A DNA stretch of 64,000 nt, from positions 6,165 through 70,164 of the forward strand of contig JBHYCX010000011.1 in the NCBI GenBank assembly GCA_051861325.1. Reading direction: 5' to 3'. Position numbers and translations under genes: made by a program. The notes beneath the pieces were generated by a model that was not told where the DNA came from, did no database searches, and saw only the letters and a program-made list of their open reading frames with translations. Within the stretch, counting starts at the first letter, position 1; every line of letters starts with the position of its first letter. This document shows, piece after piece, positions 29,024-39,653 of the stretch. Source of the stretch: Roseococcus sp. GTDB taxonomy: Bacteria > Pseudomonadota > Alphaproteobacteria > Acetobacterales > Acetobacteraceae.

Positions 29024-30520
29024 CTAACCCGCAGCAACGTAGCCATAGGCCAGGTTGCTGCGCCCGGCGCCATTCATCGCGTAATCCGCCTTCACGCGCG
29101 CCACGCCATCGCCCTCCAGCGCGGCGCGGCGCGTGTAGTTGTACATCCGCGCCGAGGTCTCGCCGAAGATCGCGTTCTTCACCGGCCCATCCGGCGCGCC
29201 CAGTGGCGCGAAGCCGTAGCGCCGCTGCATCTCCTCCGGAATTTCGAGCCGCCGGAGCGATTCGATCTGCCATTGCGGCGAGCCCGTCCAGATCGCATCC
29301 GTGCCCCAGACGACGTGATCGGCGCCGAGGCCCTTGATGAGAATGCCCATCATGGCGGCGCAAAGCTGCGGCTCCACTACCGTGCTCTGCGCGAAGATCT
29401 GGCCGAGGTCGCCATAGACATTGGTGACACCATACTTTGCCGGAATCTCCGCGAGGTCGCTCACCCAGTCCACGCGCCCGGTCTGCTGGAACTGCGCCCA
29501 GCCCTGCTCAGCCCGGCCGCCGCCGGCGAAGCGATAGGCCGAGTGGTAGATGACGAAGTTGATCTGCGGCCAGTCCCGTGCCGCCTTCCCCACATCATCC
29601 ACCTTCGCGTATTGCGTGAGGTGCGGGAACCGCGCCTCGATCTGCGGCGGAAACAGCCCCTTGTGCACGCAGACGATATTGTTCCCCGCGCGCAGGATGC
29701 GCTCATAGAAGGGGTACATCACGCGCTCGTCATCCATCCGCCAGGGATGGATGGCCAGGTGCTTGTTGGTGTTGTCGCCGATCGTGTAGCCCTTCCAGCT
29801 ATCGGGCTTCAGCTGCTCGATCACGCGCTCCACCTCATCCATCCAGCCGGGCTTGCCGGGGGTGAAGATGGCGTGGCTCAGCACGCGCCGGTTACCGGCC
29901 GCGTCATTCACGCGCTTGCGGGCGTCGAACTTCATGTCGTTGGTGAGGAACCAGTCAATCGGCTCCTCCGAGGGCGCGCCCGAGATCAGCGCCACCTTGG
30001 TGTCGCTGTCGAGGAACACCTCCTTGAACCAGCTCGCCTCCATCAGGTCCTGGATGGTCTGCTCGCGGCCCACCAGATCCGGGTTCCAGCCGGCCTGGCC
30101 GACGGCGCGGCGGGCGTTCACAAAGGTCATGATGCGCGTGTCCGGCCGCAGGAAATGCGTGTGCACATCCATGATGAATTGCTGGCGCAGTGCCGCCGTG
30201 CGCATGTCGGCCGCACCGGCCGTCTGCGCCTCGGCGCGGCTCACGGCATAGAGCGGGCCATAGACCTCGTTCATCGCGAGGAAGGCGGCGGCCATGCCCG
30301 CGCTGGTTTGCAGGAAGCGGCGGCGGTCCATGCCCTGCTTCGAGCCGATGGTGTCGGCCATGTCCTTGATCCGCGCCTCGACCTCCTTTTGCCGGTCGGT
30401 CTGCGGGATGGGCCAGAACTCGTCGGAGCTCACCACCTGGGTGGGAATGGGCGAGGCGAACATCGCCTCCTCCGCCGGGCGCAGGGCCGCGATGTCGTCG
30501 TCGGTCAGGAAACCGCCCAT
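29024..30520 (-). CDS. Amidohydrolase-2 family protein with internal twin-arginine motif
   Basis: DVHTH, WKGY, VHKG, YHSA, WGTD; DRRRFL at about residue 65. Confidence 0.85.
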   Translation of the reverse strand: MGGFLTDDDIAALRPAEEAMFASPIPTQVVSSDEFWPIPQTDRQKEVEARIKDMADTIGSKQGMDRRRFLQTSAGMAAAFLAMNEVYGPLYAVSRAEAQTAGAADMRTAALRQQFIMDVHTHFLRPDTRIMTFVNARRAVGQAGWNPDLVGREQTIQDLMEASWFKEVFLDSDTKVALISGAPSEEPIDWFLTNDMKFDARKRVNDAAGNRRVLSHAIFTPGKPGWMDEVERVIEQLKPDSWKGYTIGDNTNKHLAIHPWRMDDERVMYPFYERILRAGNNIVCVHKGLFPPQIEARFPHLTQYAKVDDVGKAARDWPQINFVIYHSAYRFAGGGRAEQGWAQFQQTGRVDWVSDLAEIPAKYGVTNVYGDLGQIFAQSTVVEPQLCAAMMGILIKGLGADHVVWGTDAIWTGSPQWQIESLRRLEIPEEMQRRYGFAPLGAPDGPVKNAIFGETSARMYNYTRRAALEGDGVARVKADYAMNGAGRSNLAYGYVAAG

Positions 30521-30686
30521 GGGTGCACTCCTCAGGGTTCTTGTTCCCGGCGCATGCATCGTGGCGTCAAAGACGCAGCCCGCGCAAGGAGCGTTACAAA
30601 GCCTTGCGTGCCACGCGCAGCGGGGCCTAGCCTTCGGTTCCGGGAAGAGTGCCACACACATCATATCGCCACGACGAGAGGCCCAG

Positions 30687-31709
30687 ATGATGCACGCCCC
30701 CACGCCCAAAGCCCGCATGGCGCATCTGTTGCGCCGCTCCCTCACCGCCGCCGCCCTGCTGTTTGCGCCAGGCCTGGCCGCGGCGCAGGAGCGCGTGCAT
30801 TTCCAATATTCCTGGCTGCCGACCGGCGAATACGCGCCGATCTCCGCCGGCATCGAGCGCGGCGTCTTCCGCCGCCAGAACATCGAGCTGACCTACAGCA
30901 CCGGCCGCGGCTCGGGCGATGCCGTGCGGCGCATCGCTGCCGGCGCCTCGCCCTTCGGCGATGGCGACATCTCGGCCGTCATGGATGCCCGCATCCGCGA
31001 GAATGCGCCGGTGCGCTGCATCATGATGCAGCATGCCATGTCGCCGCATTCGCTCTTCGTGCTGGAGAGCAGCGGCATCACCAGCATCCAGCAGCTCGCC
31101 GGCCGCACGCTGGCGACGACGCCGGGCAACAGCCACTTCATCTACTTCCCGCTGGTGGCCCGCATGAACGGGCTGGATCCCGCGACGGTGCGCTGGATCA
31201 CGGTGGACTCGGCCGCCATGGCGCCCATGCTCATCACCCGCCGGGTGGATGGCGCGCCGCTGTTTGCCACGCACCTCTACTACCAGAACAAGCAGGCCGA
31301 GCGGATGGGCCAGCGCATCCGCGCCATTCCCTTCGCCGAGCACGGCTTCCGCATCTACTCCTATTGCTGGACCGCGACGGAGGAGACGATCCGCACCAAC
31401 CCGGAACTCGTCCGCCGCTTCCTCGCCGCCGTGCATGAATCCTATCTCTGGGCGAAGGACAATGTGGATGAGGCGGCGCGCCTGCACAATCGCCGCCACC
31501 CCGATGTCGCGGCGGATGACGCGGCGGGCAGCATGCGGATCATGTTCGAATACATGTTCCCCGACGCCCAGGCGCTGGCCAATTTCGGCCAGGTGGACCG
31601 TGCCCGCCTGCAGGAGACCTATCGCGTCGTCGCCCTCTCGCAGAACCATCCGGCAGATGCGGATGTGACCCAGTTCGTGGACACCCGCTTCGTGCCGCCG
31701 CCGCGCTGA
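30687..31709 (+). CDS. ABC substrate-binding protein, NMT1/THI5-like
   Basis: Signal peptide, SWLP.GE.AP, GRGS, LAGRTLA. Confidence 0.87.
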   Translation: MMHAPTPKARMAHLLRRSLTAAALLFAPGLAAAQERVHFQYSWLPTGEYAPISAGIERGVFRRQNIELTYSTGRGSGDAVRRIAAGASPFGDGDISAVMDARIRENAPVRCIMMQHAMSPHSLFVLESSGITSIQQLAGRTLATTPGNSHFIYFPLVARMNGLDPATVRWITVDSAAMAPMLITRRVDGAPLFATHLYYQNKQAERMGQRIRAIPFAEHGFRIYSYCWTATEETIRTNPELVRRFLAAVHESYLWAKDNVDEAARLHNRRHPDVAADDAAGSMRIMFEYMFPDAQALANFGQVDRARLQETYRVVALSQNHPADADVTQFVDTRFVPPPR

Positions 31710-31720
31710 GGGCGCGCGCG

Positions 31721-32485
31721 ATGATCCGCCTGGAGTCCGTCGGCAAGCGCTTCGAGGCGGCCGACGGGAATGAGGTGCAGGCCCTCTCCGGCGTTTCGCT
31801 GACGGTGGCCGAGGGCAGCTTCACCGCCCTCGTCGGGCAATCCGGCTGCGGCAAATCCACGCTGCTGCGGCTCGTTGCCGGCCTTGTTCCCAAAAGCGAG
31901 GGGCATGTCCTGCTCGACGGGCGCGAGGTGACGGCGCCGCACCCCGATGTCGGCTTCGTCTTCCAGGCGCCGACGCTGCTGCCCTGGGCGGATGTGCTGA
32001 CCAATGTGCTGTTCCCGCTGCGCATCCTGGGCAAGCTGGATGCGGCCGGCACGGCGCGTGCGCGCGAATTGCTCGCGATGGCCGGCCTCTCGGGCTTCGA
32101 GCGCAAGACGCCGCGCGAGCTCTCGGGCGGCATGCAGCAGCGCGTCGCCATCTGCCGGGCGCTGGTGCACCAGCCGCGCATCCTGCTGATGGACGAGCCC
32201 TTCGGCGCGCTCGATGCCCTCACGCGTGAGGAGATGAGCCTGGAGCTGCTCCGCCTCTGGACCGAGCGGCCCTGCACCATCCTCTTCGTCACCCACTCCA
32301 TCACCGAGGCCGTCATCCTGGCCGACCAGGTGGTGACGATGAGCCCCCGCCCCGGCCGCGTGGCCGATATTGTGGACGTGGCCCTGCCGCGCCCGCGCAG
32401 CTTCACCCAGGTTTCAACCGAGGAGTTCGCGCGCTGTGCCGGACGCATCCGCAGCCATATCTTCGGCCGCCCCATCGCCGCCTGA
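31721..32485 (+). CDS. ABC ATP-binding protein (TauB/SsuB type)
   Basis: GQSGCGKST, LSGGMQQR, LLMDEPFGALD. Confidence 0.95.
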   Translation: MIRLESVGKRFEAADGNEVQALSGVSLTVAEGSFTALVGQSGCGKSTLLRLVAGLVPKSEGHVLLDGREVTAPHPDVGFVFQAPTLLPWADVLTNVLFPLRILGKLDAAGTARARELLAMAGLSGFERKTPRELSGGMQQRVAICRALVHQPRILLMDEPFGALDALTREEMSLELLRLWTERPCTILFVTHSITEAVILADQVVTMSPRPGRVADIVDVALPRPRSFTQVSTEEFARCAGRIRSHIFGRPIAA

Positions 32486-33272
32486 CGCACGGCGCCGCGC
32501 GCGCAAATTGCGCCAGGCCCTGCGCCCGGTGGTGGTGCCGACGCTCGCCGTGCTCGCGCTCTTCGCGGTGTGGGAGGTGGGCGTGCGCGCCTTCGGCATC
32601 CCCGAATACATCCTGCCCGCACCGAGCGCGATCTATGTGGCGACGATGGAAGCGCGGCAGATCATGCTGGGCCACACCCTCTCGACGCTGACGACGATTT
32701 TGCTGGGCTTCGTCTTCTCCATCATCGTCAGCCTGCCGCTCGCCGTGCTGGTCACCGCCTCGCCCAACATCGCGCATGCGGTCTATCCCATCCTCGTTCT
32801 CGTCCAGAGCATCCCGAAGGTGGCGCTGGCCCCCATCCTGGTGCTGGCACTCGGCGCGGGTGAGGCGTCGCGCGTCACGGTCACCTTCCTCGTCGCCTTC
32901 TTCCCGCTGGTGATCTCGACCGCGACGGGGCTGCTGGCCGCCCCACCCGAGCTGCTCGAACTCAGCCGCTCGCTGCGCGCCACGCGCCTGCAACAGCTCT
33001 TCCTCGTGCGGCTGCCCTATTCGGTGCCCTTCGTCTTCAGCGGCCTCAAGCTCGCCATGACCTTTTCCGTCGTCGGCGCGGTGGTTGGGGAATTTGTCGC
33101 GGCCGACCAAGGCCTCGGCTACCAGATCATGTCCGCGACCGCGTTCTTTCGGACGTCGCTCGCCTTCGGCGCGCTGCTCATCCTCTCCTTCCTCGGCATC
33201 GTGCTGTTCCAGGCGGTGGTGGTGGTGGAGCGCGTCTTCTTCCCCTGGGCCGCGCAAGAGGAAAAGACATGA
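32436..33272 (+). CDS. ABC permease (TauC/SsuC type); start uncertain (GTG 32436)
   Basis: ILPAPS, QSIPKVAL, FFP, GAVVGEFV; AGGAG upstream of GTG 32436. Confidence 0.9.
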   Translation: MPDASAAISSAAPSPPDARRRARKLRQALRPVVVPTLAVLALFAVWEVGVRAFGIPEYILPAPSAIYVATMEARQIMLGHTLSTLTTILLGFVFSIIVSLPLAVLVTASPNIAHAVYPILVLVQSIPKVALAPILVLALGAGEASRVTVTFLVAFFPLVISTATGLLAAPPELLELSRSLRATRLQQLFLVRLPYSVPFVFSGLKLAMTFSVVGAVVGEFVAADQGLGYQIMSATAFFRTSLAFGALLILSFLGIVLFQAVVVVERVFFPWAAQEEKT

Positions 33273-34630
33273 GCCTCGCAATCTTCGGCAGCCATGTGCT
33301 GACCCCCTCCGGCGTGCTGCCCGATCACTGGGTGCTGATGGAGGAGGGGCGCATCACCGCCATCACGACGAGCCAGCCCCGCGCCGAGACGGTGCTGGAC
33401 GCCCCCGGCCGCTTCGTGCTGCCGGGCCTGATGAACCTGCACAATCACTGCTTCTCCGAGATGGTGGTCCGCAACCGCACCGAGGATGGCGCGAGCGGCG
33501 ACGAGGCGAGCCTCGTCTATCGCCTGCTGATGCCGCTCTCGCGCCTCGCCCTGAACAACCTCTCCTCCGCCGAGCGCCTGGCCGCAGCCCGGCTTGGCCT
33601 GCTGCAGGTGATGAAGGGCGGCGCCACCTCGCTGCTCGAACCCTTCCGAAACGGCATCCCCGAGATGTTCCAGGCGGCCCTGGAACTCGGCCTGCGCTTC
33701 TGGGGCGCGCCCTATGTCTTCTCCGCCGCCGATCCGCGCATGGGTGCGGATGGCGTGATGGAATACGCCAGCGTCGGCAATGATGACGGCAACGCCGATC
33801 TGCGCGAATGGGACCGCCTGCGCGACCTCTGGGACGGGCAAGGCGAGGGCCGCATCCGCCTCGCCATGAGCCCGCACGCGACGGACACCTGCGGCCCCGA
33901 ATTGCTGCGCGCCGCGGTCACGCGCGCCCGGGCCCTCGGCGTGCCCATCACCGTGCATGTCGCGCAAAGCGCGGATGAGGTGGCGCTCTGCGTCCAGCGA
34001 CATGGCTGCACGCCCGTGCAATACCTGGAGCGCGTGGGGCTGCTCGGCCCCGATCTCATCGCCGCCCATTGCATCCACAGCGACGCCAATGACCTGGCCT
34101 TGCTGGCCCGCAGCGGCACCACGGTCGTGAACTGCCCGCGCACCTTCGCCCGTGGCGGCGTCTTCGCCCCCTATGGGCGCTTCGTGGCGCAGGGCATCCG
34201 CACCATCATCGGCACGGATGGCTACAACATGGACCTGCTGGGCGAACTCGGCGCCGCCGGCATGATCTCCAAGCTGGAGGCCGGCCGCGCCGATGTGGCC
34301 AAGGCGGGCGACCTGCTCGGCGCCGTCACCCATGTCGCGGCCGATGCGGTGGCGCGGCCCGATCTGGGGCGCATCACACTCGGCGCCACCGCTGACCTGA
34401 CCGTGGTGGACCTCACCCACCCGCACCTCCAGCCCATGGCCGATCCTGTCCGCGCGCTTGTCTGGCTCGGCCATCGGGCGGAGCTGGATGCGCTGGTGGT
34501 GAATGGGCGCCTGGTGCTGGCGGGCGGCAAGCACCGCCTGGTGGATGAGGCGCGCGTGGTGGCCGAGGGCGCGGCCGCCATCCGCAAGGTCTGGGAGATG
34601 CCCGAGGCGAAGGCCGCCTTCGCTAGCTGA
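33269..34630 (+). CDS. Metal-dependent amidohydrolase (deaminase/chlorohydrolase group)
   Basis: PGLMNLHNH, PHA..TC, HVAQS, AHC, GTDG, G..ADL. Confidence 0.88.
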   Translation: MSLAIFGSHVLTPSGVLPDHWVLMEEGRITAITTSQPRAETVLDAPGRFVLPGLMNLHNHCFSEMVVRNRTEDGASGDEASLVYRLLMPLSRLALNNLSSAERLAAARLGLLQVMKGGATSLLEPFRNGIPEMFQAALELGLRFWGAPYVFSAADPRMGADGVMEYASVGNDDGNADLREWDRLRDLWDGQGEGRIRLAMSPHATDTCGPELLRAAVTRARALGVPITVHVAQSADEVALCVQRHGCTPVQYLERVGLLGPDLIAAHCIHSDANDLALLARSGTTVVNCPRTFARGGVFAPYGRFVAQGIRTIIGTDGYNMDLLGELGAAGMISKLEAGRADVAKAGDLLGAVTHVAADAVARPDLGRITLGATADLTVVDLTHPHLQPMADPVRALVWLGHRAELDALVVNGRLVLAGGKHRLVDEARVVAEGAAAIRKVWEMPEAKAAFAS

Positions 34631-35387
34631 CGAGGAAGCTCATCAGCTTCGCGTTGAAGGCCTCGGGCTGTTCGACGGAAAAGGCATGCCCGCCCTCAGG
34701 CGTGACCCAAAGCTCGGCATTCGGCAGCCCTGCCGCGAGCGCCTCTGAGGCGGTGAACGGCACCAGCAGATCATCGCGCGAGGCGGCGACCAACGTGGGC
34801 GCCGTGATCCGCGCGAGATCAGCGCGCGCATCGAAACCCCGCAACGCGCGGATGCGCTTCAGCAAATTCTCCGCACCCTGGAAATGCGCCGTGCCATGCG
34901 CCACCTCGGCGCTGATCTTGTCGTAATGGGCGGACATGTAGGGCGCCGTGTGCAGGAACAGCGGCTGCGCCGCGACATAGGCGGCCGGCCCCTGGCTGTT
35001 GAGGATGCCGATGCGGATGTCGAAGCAGCGCTCCGAATGGCGATCCACGCGCGCCCAGGCATTGACCAGGACGAGCTTGCCCACCCGCTCCGGAAAGCGC
35101 CGCCCAAGCTCCAGGCCCACCAGCCCGCCCAGCGCATGGCCGAGGACATGCGCGCGCGACACCCCCGCCGCATCCATCACCTGGATGACGTCATCGGCCA
35201 TGTGGCCGATCGTGTAGCCCTCCGGCAGCTTCTCGGCGTTGCGGCCGGTGCCGCGCTGGTCGAAGGCGAGCACCCGGAAGCGCGCTTCCAGCGCGGCCCG
35301 CTGCGGCGCCCAGAAGGCGGCCGCCCCGCCCAAGCCGGCGGAGAGGACAACGACCTCCTCGCCGGCCCCGGTCAGTTCATAATTCAC
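34623..35387 (-). CDS. rutD: Aminoacrylate hydrolase RutD (alpha/beta hydrolase)
   Basis: SAGLGG, GHALGG nucleophile elbow with Ala, RCFDIR, GGHA; follows rutC. Confidence 0.9.
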   Translation of the reverse strand: MNYELTGAGEEVVVLSAGLGGAAAFWAPQRAALEARFRVLAFDQRGTGRNAEKLPEGYTIGHMADDVIQVMDAAGVSRAHVLGHALGGLVGLELGRRFPERVGKLVLVNAWARVDRHSERCFDIRIGILNSQGPAAYVAAQPLFLHTAPYMSAHYDKISAEVAHGTAHFQGAENLLKRIRALRGFDARADLARITAPTLVAASRDDLLVPFTASEALAAGLPNAELWVTPEGGHAFSVEQPEAFNAKLMSFLVS

Positions 35388-35770
35388 TTGCCGATATGCG
35401 CCACGGTCGCGATCTCAACGAGCGCGCCCGGCTTCACCAGCCCGCACTGGATGCAGTAGCGCGCGGGCTTGTCGCCCGGAAAATACTCGGCATAGACGGC
35501 GTTCAGTGCCGCGTAATTGGCCCAATCCGTCAGGAAGATATGGTTCATCACAACATCAGCCATGGTGCCGCCGGCGGCTTCCACGACCGACTTGATCGTC
35601 TCCAGCACCAGGCGCGTCTGGGCCGCGGCGTCGCCCAGATGCATCACGTTGTTGTCGCGGTCGAAGGGCAGCGTGCCCGAGACATAGAGCACGCCATCGG
35701 CCATGGCGCCGGGCGAATAAGGGGCGAGCGGCTTGCCGGAACCGGCGGGGATCACGGTGGCGAAGGGCAT
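35384..35770 (-). CDS. rutC: RutC (RidA family)
   Basis: [35 protein letters not shown]. Confidence 0.92.
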   Translation of the reverse strand: MPFATVIPAGSGKPLAPYSPGAMADGVLYVSGTLPFDRDNNVMHLGDAAAQTRLVLETIKSVVEAAGGTMADVVMNHIFLTDWANYAALNAVYAEYFPGDKPARYCIQCGLVKPGALVEIATVAHIGK

Positions 35771-35779
35771 GTCAGGCTC

Positions 35780-36502
35780 CTACTCTGGCGATTGACCGAT
35801 AGCGCCGCAGAAATCCGCGACGGTGGAGACCCATCCGAAGAAGGTCTCAATGTTGTAGAGCGCCGCCTTCTGCGCGAAATCCGGCCCGGCGGCATGCGTC
35901 GCATCCTCCAGCACCACGCCGAAATATTCCAGGTGGAAGGCATCGCGCAGCGAGCTCTCCACGCAGACATTCGTCGCCACGCCGGTGAAGACGATGTTGC
36001 GGATGCCGCGCGCGCGCAGAAGGCTGTCAATGTTCGTGTTGAAGAAGCCGGAATAGCGCGGCTTCGGCACAATCAGGTCGCCGGGTTGCGGCTTCAGGGC
36101 CTCCACCAGCGCGTAATCCCAGCCGCCCTTGGCGAGCAGCGTGCCCGCCAGTTCCGGCCGCTTGCGCATGGTCTTCAGCGCATTCGACTTGTGCCAGTTG
36201 GGCGAGCCCGGCGTGCCCGCCTCCTTGTAATCGGGGTCCCAGCCATTCTGGAAATAGATCACCTGGATGCCCGCCTTGCGCGCTGCATCGGCCGCCACCG
36301 CCGCGCGCTGGATCACGGCCTCGCAGCCCGCGATGTCGAAGCCCGCGATGTCGAGATAGCCGCCGGGCGAGGCATAGGCGTTCTGCATATCCACGATGAT
36401 CATGGCCGTCTCGGCCGGGTTGAGGCGGATCGGCTCGGGCCGGGCCGGCAGCGTCACGGCCTCGCGCATGGCGGCGGGGGCATATCCGGCGGGCTCTGAC
36501 AT
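35780..36502 (-). CDS. rutB: Ureidoacrylate amidohydrolase RutB (isochorismatase family)
   Basis: [58 protein letters not shown]. Confidence 0.94.
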   Translation of the reverse strand: MSEPAGYAPAAMREAVTLPARPEPIRLNPAETAMIIVDMQNAYASPGGYLDIAGFDIAGCEAVIQRAAVAADAARKAGIQVIYFQNGWDPDYKEAGTPGSPNWHKSNALKTMRKRPELAGTLLAKGGWDYALVEALKPQPGDLIVPKPRYSGFFNTNIDSLLRARGIRNIVFTGVATNVCVESSLRDAFHLEYFGVVLEDATHAAGPDFAQKAALYNIETFFGWVSTVADFCGAIGQSPE

Positions 36503-36764
36503 GGGGGGCACTCCTCGGCTCTGGCCCATCATGCGCCGAGGCGCGCCCGCCCGGCCAGCCTCAGCCCCCGGCAGGCTCGCGGGCACCGCGGCGCGCCTGC
36601 CTTACGAAAAGGCAATCTTGGAAGCAGTTGCCGAGACGTCGGGCGGAACCCGTCCGCACCCCGGCGGCAACACGGCCTTCGCGCTTGCCGCCGCCGCGCG
36701 CAGGGCGGCATTTTCATGCCTCGGACCGGGCCGGCTGGATGCCCCGTCGCAAAGGAGTTTCCGG

Positions 36765-37793
36765 ATGGAATTTCGCCTCTCCCGCCGTGCCGCATTGGCC
36801 GCCCCCCTGGTGCTCGCCGCCCCCCATGTCGCCAACGCGCAGGCGCGCCCCACCGTGCGCTTCGCCTTCGACTGGATCCTGAACGGCCCCTACGCCTTCG
36901 GCATCGCGGGCGAGCGCCAGGGCTTCTTCCGCGAGGCCGGCGTGGACATCACCATCAGCCGCGGCTTCGGCTCGGCCCGCGTGCCGCTCGACATGTCCGC
37001 CGGCACCTTCGACATGGCGATGGCCGACCCCACGCCCGTGCTGCGCTTCATGTCGCAGAATCCGAACAATGACCTCATCGCCGTCGCCCTCCTGTGGGAC
37101 CAGGCGCCGACCGCCGTCACCGTCCGCGCGGACGGGCCGATCACCAACATCTCCATGCTCGCGGGCAAGACGCTGGCCGCCCCGGAATTCGACGGCGGCC
37201 GCCAGGTGTTTCCGGCCTTCGCGGCCGTGAACAACATCCCCTTCAGCTCCATCAACTGGATGTCGGTCGCGCCCGAGCTGCGCGAGCCCATGCTGGTGCA
37301 GCGCCGGGCCGATGGCATCACGGGCTTCGTCACCTCCACCGCGCTCTCGCTGCGCGCGCTGGGGATGGACCTGCCGGCGCAGCGCATCTTCCGCTACCGC
37401 GAGCACGGGCTCGACTTCTTCTACGGCTCCGTTCTGCTCACCACCCGCACCTACATGGAGCGCAACCCCGATGCGGTGCGCGCCGTGACGCATGGCCTGA
37501 TCCGCTCGCTGCGCTGGGCCTTCGCCAACCGTCCCGCCGCCATCGAGGCACTCCGCGCACGCGAGCAGCTCACCGATGTCGCCATCGAATCCGTCCGCCA
37601 GGACATGGCGATGGCGGAGCTGGTGGACAGCCCGAACGTCCGCCGCCTCGGCCTCGGCATCATCGAGGCGCCGCGCTTCCAGCGGCAGATCGAGGCCGTG
37701 AAGCTGGCCTACAACCTCGGCGACATGCCGACGCCGGATCGGTTCTACACGGATCGTTTCCTTCCGGCTGCCGCGGAGCGGCAGCTGGGTTAG
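36765..37793 (+). CDS. ABC substrate-binding protein, NMT1/THI5-like, stand-alone
   Basis: RR signal, FDW, GFFREAGVD, RGFGS, LAGKTLA. Confidence 0.87.
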   Translation: MEFRLSRRAALAAPLVLAAPHVANAQARPTVRFAFDWILNGPYAFGIAGERQGFFREAGVDITISRGFGSARVPLDMSAGTFDMAMADPTPVLRFMSQNPNNDLIAVALLWDQAPTAVTVRADGPITNISMLAGKTLAAPEFDGGRQVFPAFAAVNNIPFSSINWMSVAPELREPMLVQRRADGITGFVTSTALSLRALGMDLPAQRIFRYREHGLDFFYGSVLLTTRTYMERNPDAVRAVTHGLIRSLRWAFANRPAAIEALRAREQLTDVAIESVRQDMAMAELVDSPNVRRLGLGIIEAPRFQRQIEAVKLAYNLGDMPTPDRFYTDRFLPAAAERQLG

Positions 37794-37797
37794 TTAC

Positions 37798-37900
37798 GCC
37801 CTCAAGCGCCGGGCGGCGGCTCCGCCGCCTTGGCTTCGCCGCGCCACGGGTGCGCCCGGCGGCACGATCCCTTGGGCGGCGCCGGCCGCCTTGCGGCCGG
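37798..37900 (+). repeat. Structured intergenic repeat, copy B (103 bp)
   Basis: Same length and conserved blocks as 13498-13600. Confidence 0.9.
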
Positions 37901-37915
37901 GTGGGTTTGTGAAGG

Positions 37916-38875
37916 TCAGTCCGCCCGGATGCCCGCCGCGCGCACCAGCTCACCCAGGCGGCGCGTCTCCTCCGCGATGAAGGTTCCGAACTCCGCGCCA
38001 GGCATGGCGCGGGGGATGCTGCCGCTCGTGATGATGCGGGCGGCCACCGCATCGTCGCGCACCGCGGCCAGCAATTCCGCCTCCAGCCGCGCCACGCGAT
38101 CCGCCGCGACACCGCGCGGCACAAACAGGCCGAACCAGCCGACCGAGACGAGATCCACCCCCGCCTCGCGCAGCGTCGGCACCTCGGCGAAGGCCGGCGC
38201 GCGCTCGGCGCTGGTCACCGCCAGCGCCTTCATCCGCCCGCCGCGCACCAGCTCGGCCGCGGCCGCGATGGTCTGGAACATCACCTCCACGCGCCCGGCC
38301 ATCAGGTCATTGTTGGCGGCGCCGGTTTCCCGATAGGGCACATGCGTCAGGTCCAGCCCGGCCGCGATGTTGAACTGCGCGCCGGCCAGATGCAGCGAGG
38401 TGCCATTGCCGATGGAGGCATAGTTCATGGGCCGCGTGCGGGCGAGTGCCACGAACTCGGCCACGCTGTTCACCGGCAATCCCACCGGCACCACCATGAT
38501 GTTGGGCGAGATGGCGATCATGCCCACGGGAGTGAAATCGCGATCGGGATCGAAGGGCAGCGAGGCGAAGAGGAAACGGTTCACAGCGATGGGCACGCCG
38601 TTCAGCAGCAGCGTCTGCCCGTCGCGCTCGGCCTGCGCGGCCGCCGCCGTGCCGATATTGCCGCCGGCGCCGCTGCGATTCTCGATGGTAATGGGCTGGC
38701 CCAGGCCGCGCGCCATGCGCTCACCCACCACGCGCCCCAGGAAATCCGCCGCACCGCCGGGCGGGAAGGGCACGATCATCCGCAGGGGACGGTCGGGGAA
38801 GCCCTGCGCGCCGGCCGCCACCGGCAGCAGCGCGGGCATGGCAAGAAGGGAGCGGCGGAGGATGCGATGGGTCAT
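37916..38875 (-). CDS. Bug/TctC receptor
   Basis: FPDRPLRMIVPF, ENRSGAGG, YASIGNG, HVPYR. Confidence 0.92.
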   Translation of the reverse strand: MTHRILRRSLLAMPALLPVAAGAQGFPDRPLRMIVPFPPGGAADFLGRVVGERMARGLGQPITIENRSGAGGNIGTAAAAQAERDGQTLLLNGVPIAVNRFLFASLPFDPDRDFTPVGMIAISPNIMVVPVGLPVNSVAEFVALARTRPMNYASIGNGTSLHLAGAQFNIAAGLDLTHVPYRETGAANNDLMAGRVEVMFQTIAAAAELVRGGRMKALAVTSAERAPAFAEVPTLREAGVDLVSVGWFGLFVPRGVAADRVARLEAELLAAVRDDAVAARIITSGSIPRAMPGAEFGTFIAEETRRLGELVRAAGIRAD

Positions 38876-38936
38876 GGCTTCGATCATAGCGTGAATGAAC
38901 CCTTGTTGGATGCAAACGCTGCGCCACACTGCGTGG

Positions 38937-39653
38937 ATGCGCTGGCTCACCCTCCTCCTGCTCGGCCCGCTCGCCGCCGCCGCGCAGGAGCCGCCGCGCG
39001 CCGTGCTCCCCGGCATCGGCCGCGACGACCCCCGCCGCACGGTGGATCGGCGCGAGATGCCCTGGCAGGCGCTGGCGCGCGTGCAGCACGGCCTCGGCGG
39101 GCGTTGCACCGGCGCGCTGATCGCGCCCAACCTGGTGCTGACGGCGGCGCATTGCCTCGTCGCGCGCCGCACGGAAAACCTGGTGCAGCCCAGCAGCCTG
39201 CATGTCCTGCTCGGCTATGAGCGCGGCGGTCAGGTCGCGCATGCACAGGTGGTGGCCTTCCGCGTCGGCGCCGGCTACCGCCCCGGGCAGGCCGCGCCCG
39301 CCGCCGCGGACTGGGCGGTCCTCACGCTCGACCGCGCCATCGCCCAGCCCGACGCGGTGCTGCCGCTCATGACGCGCCTGCCCACCACGCGCATGCCCCT
39401 CATGCTCGGCGGCTACCAGCAGGACCGGCCGGAGGTGCTGCTGGCCGACACGCAATGCCGCGCCCTCGGCGTCACCTCCACCAGCATGTTGCTGCATGAC
39501 TGCGCGGGCACGCGCGGCGTGAGCGGCGCGCCGGTGCTGGCGGCGCTGCCGTCCGGGGGCTGGGCGGTTGCGGGCGTTGCCTCCCGCGCCGCGACGGATG
39601 CGGCGATGGGCCTCGCCGTGCCCGCGGCCAGCATCGCCGAGGCACTGCGCTGA
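38937..39653 (+). CDS. Secreted trypsin-like (V8/glutamyl endopeptidase type) serine protease
   Basis: Signal peptide, CTGALI, LTAAHC, DWAVL, HDC...GVSGAP. Confidence 0.9.
   Translation: MRWLTLLLLGPLAAAAQEPPRAVLPGIGRDDPRRTVDRREMPWQALARVQHGLGGRCTGALIAPNLVLTAAHCLVARRTENLVQPSSLHVLLGYERGGQVAHAQVVAFRVGAGYRPGQAAPAAADWAVLTLDRAIAQPDAVLPLMTRLPTTRMPLMLGGYQQDRPEVLLADTQCRALGVTSTSMLLHDCAGTRGVSGAPVLAALPSGGWAVAGVASRAATDAAMGLAVPAASIAEALR

Noticed and set aside
36503-36764. rutA remnant, RutR box or sigma-54 promoter upstream of rutB
   Set aside because: No RutA-like translation, no TTGACC-N4-GGTCAA-type palindrome, and GG/GC spacings are not 10 nt
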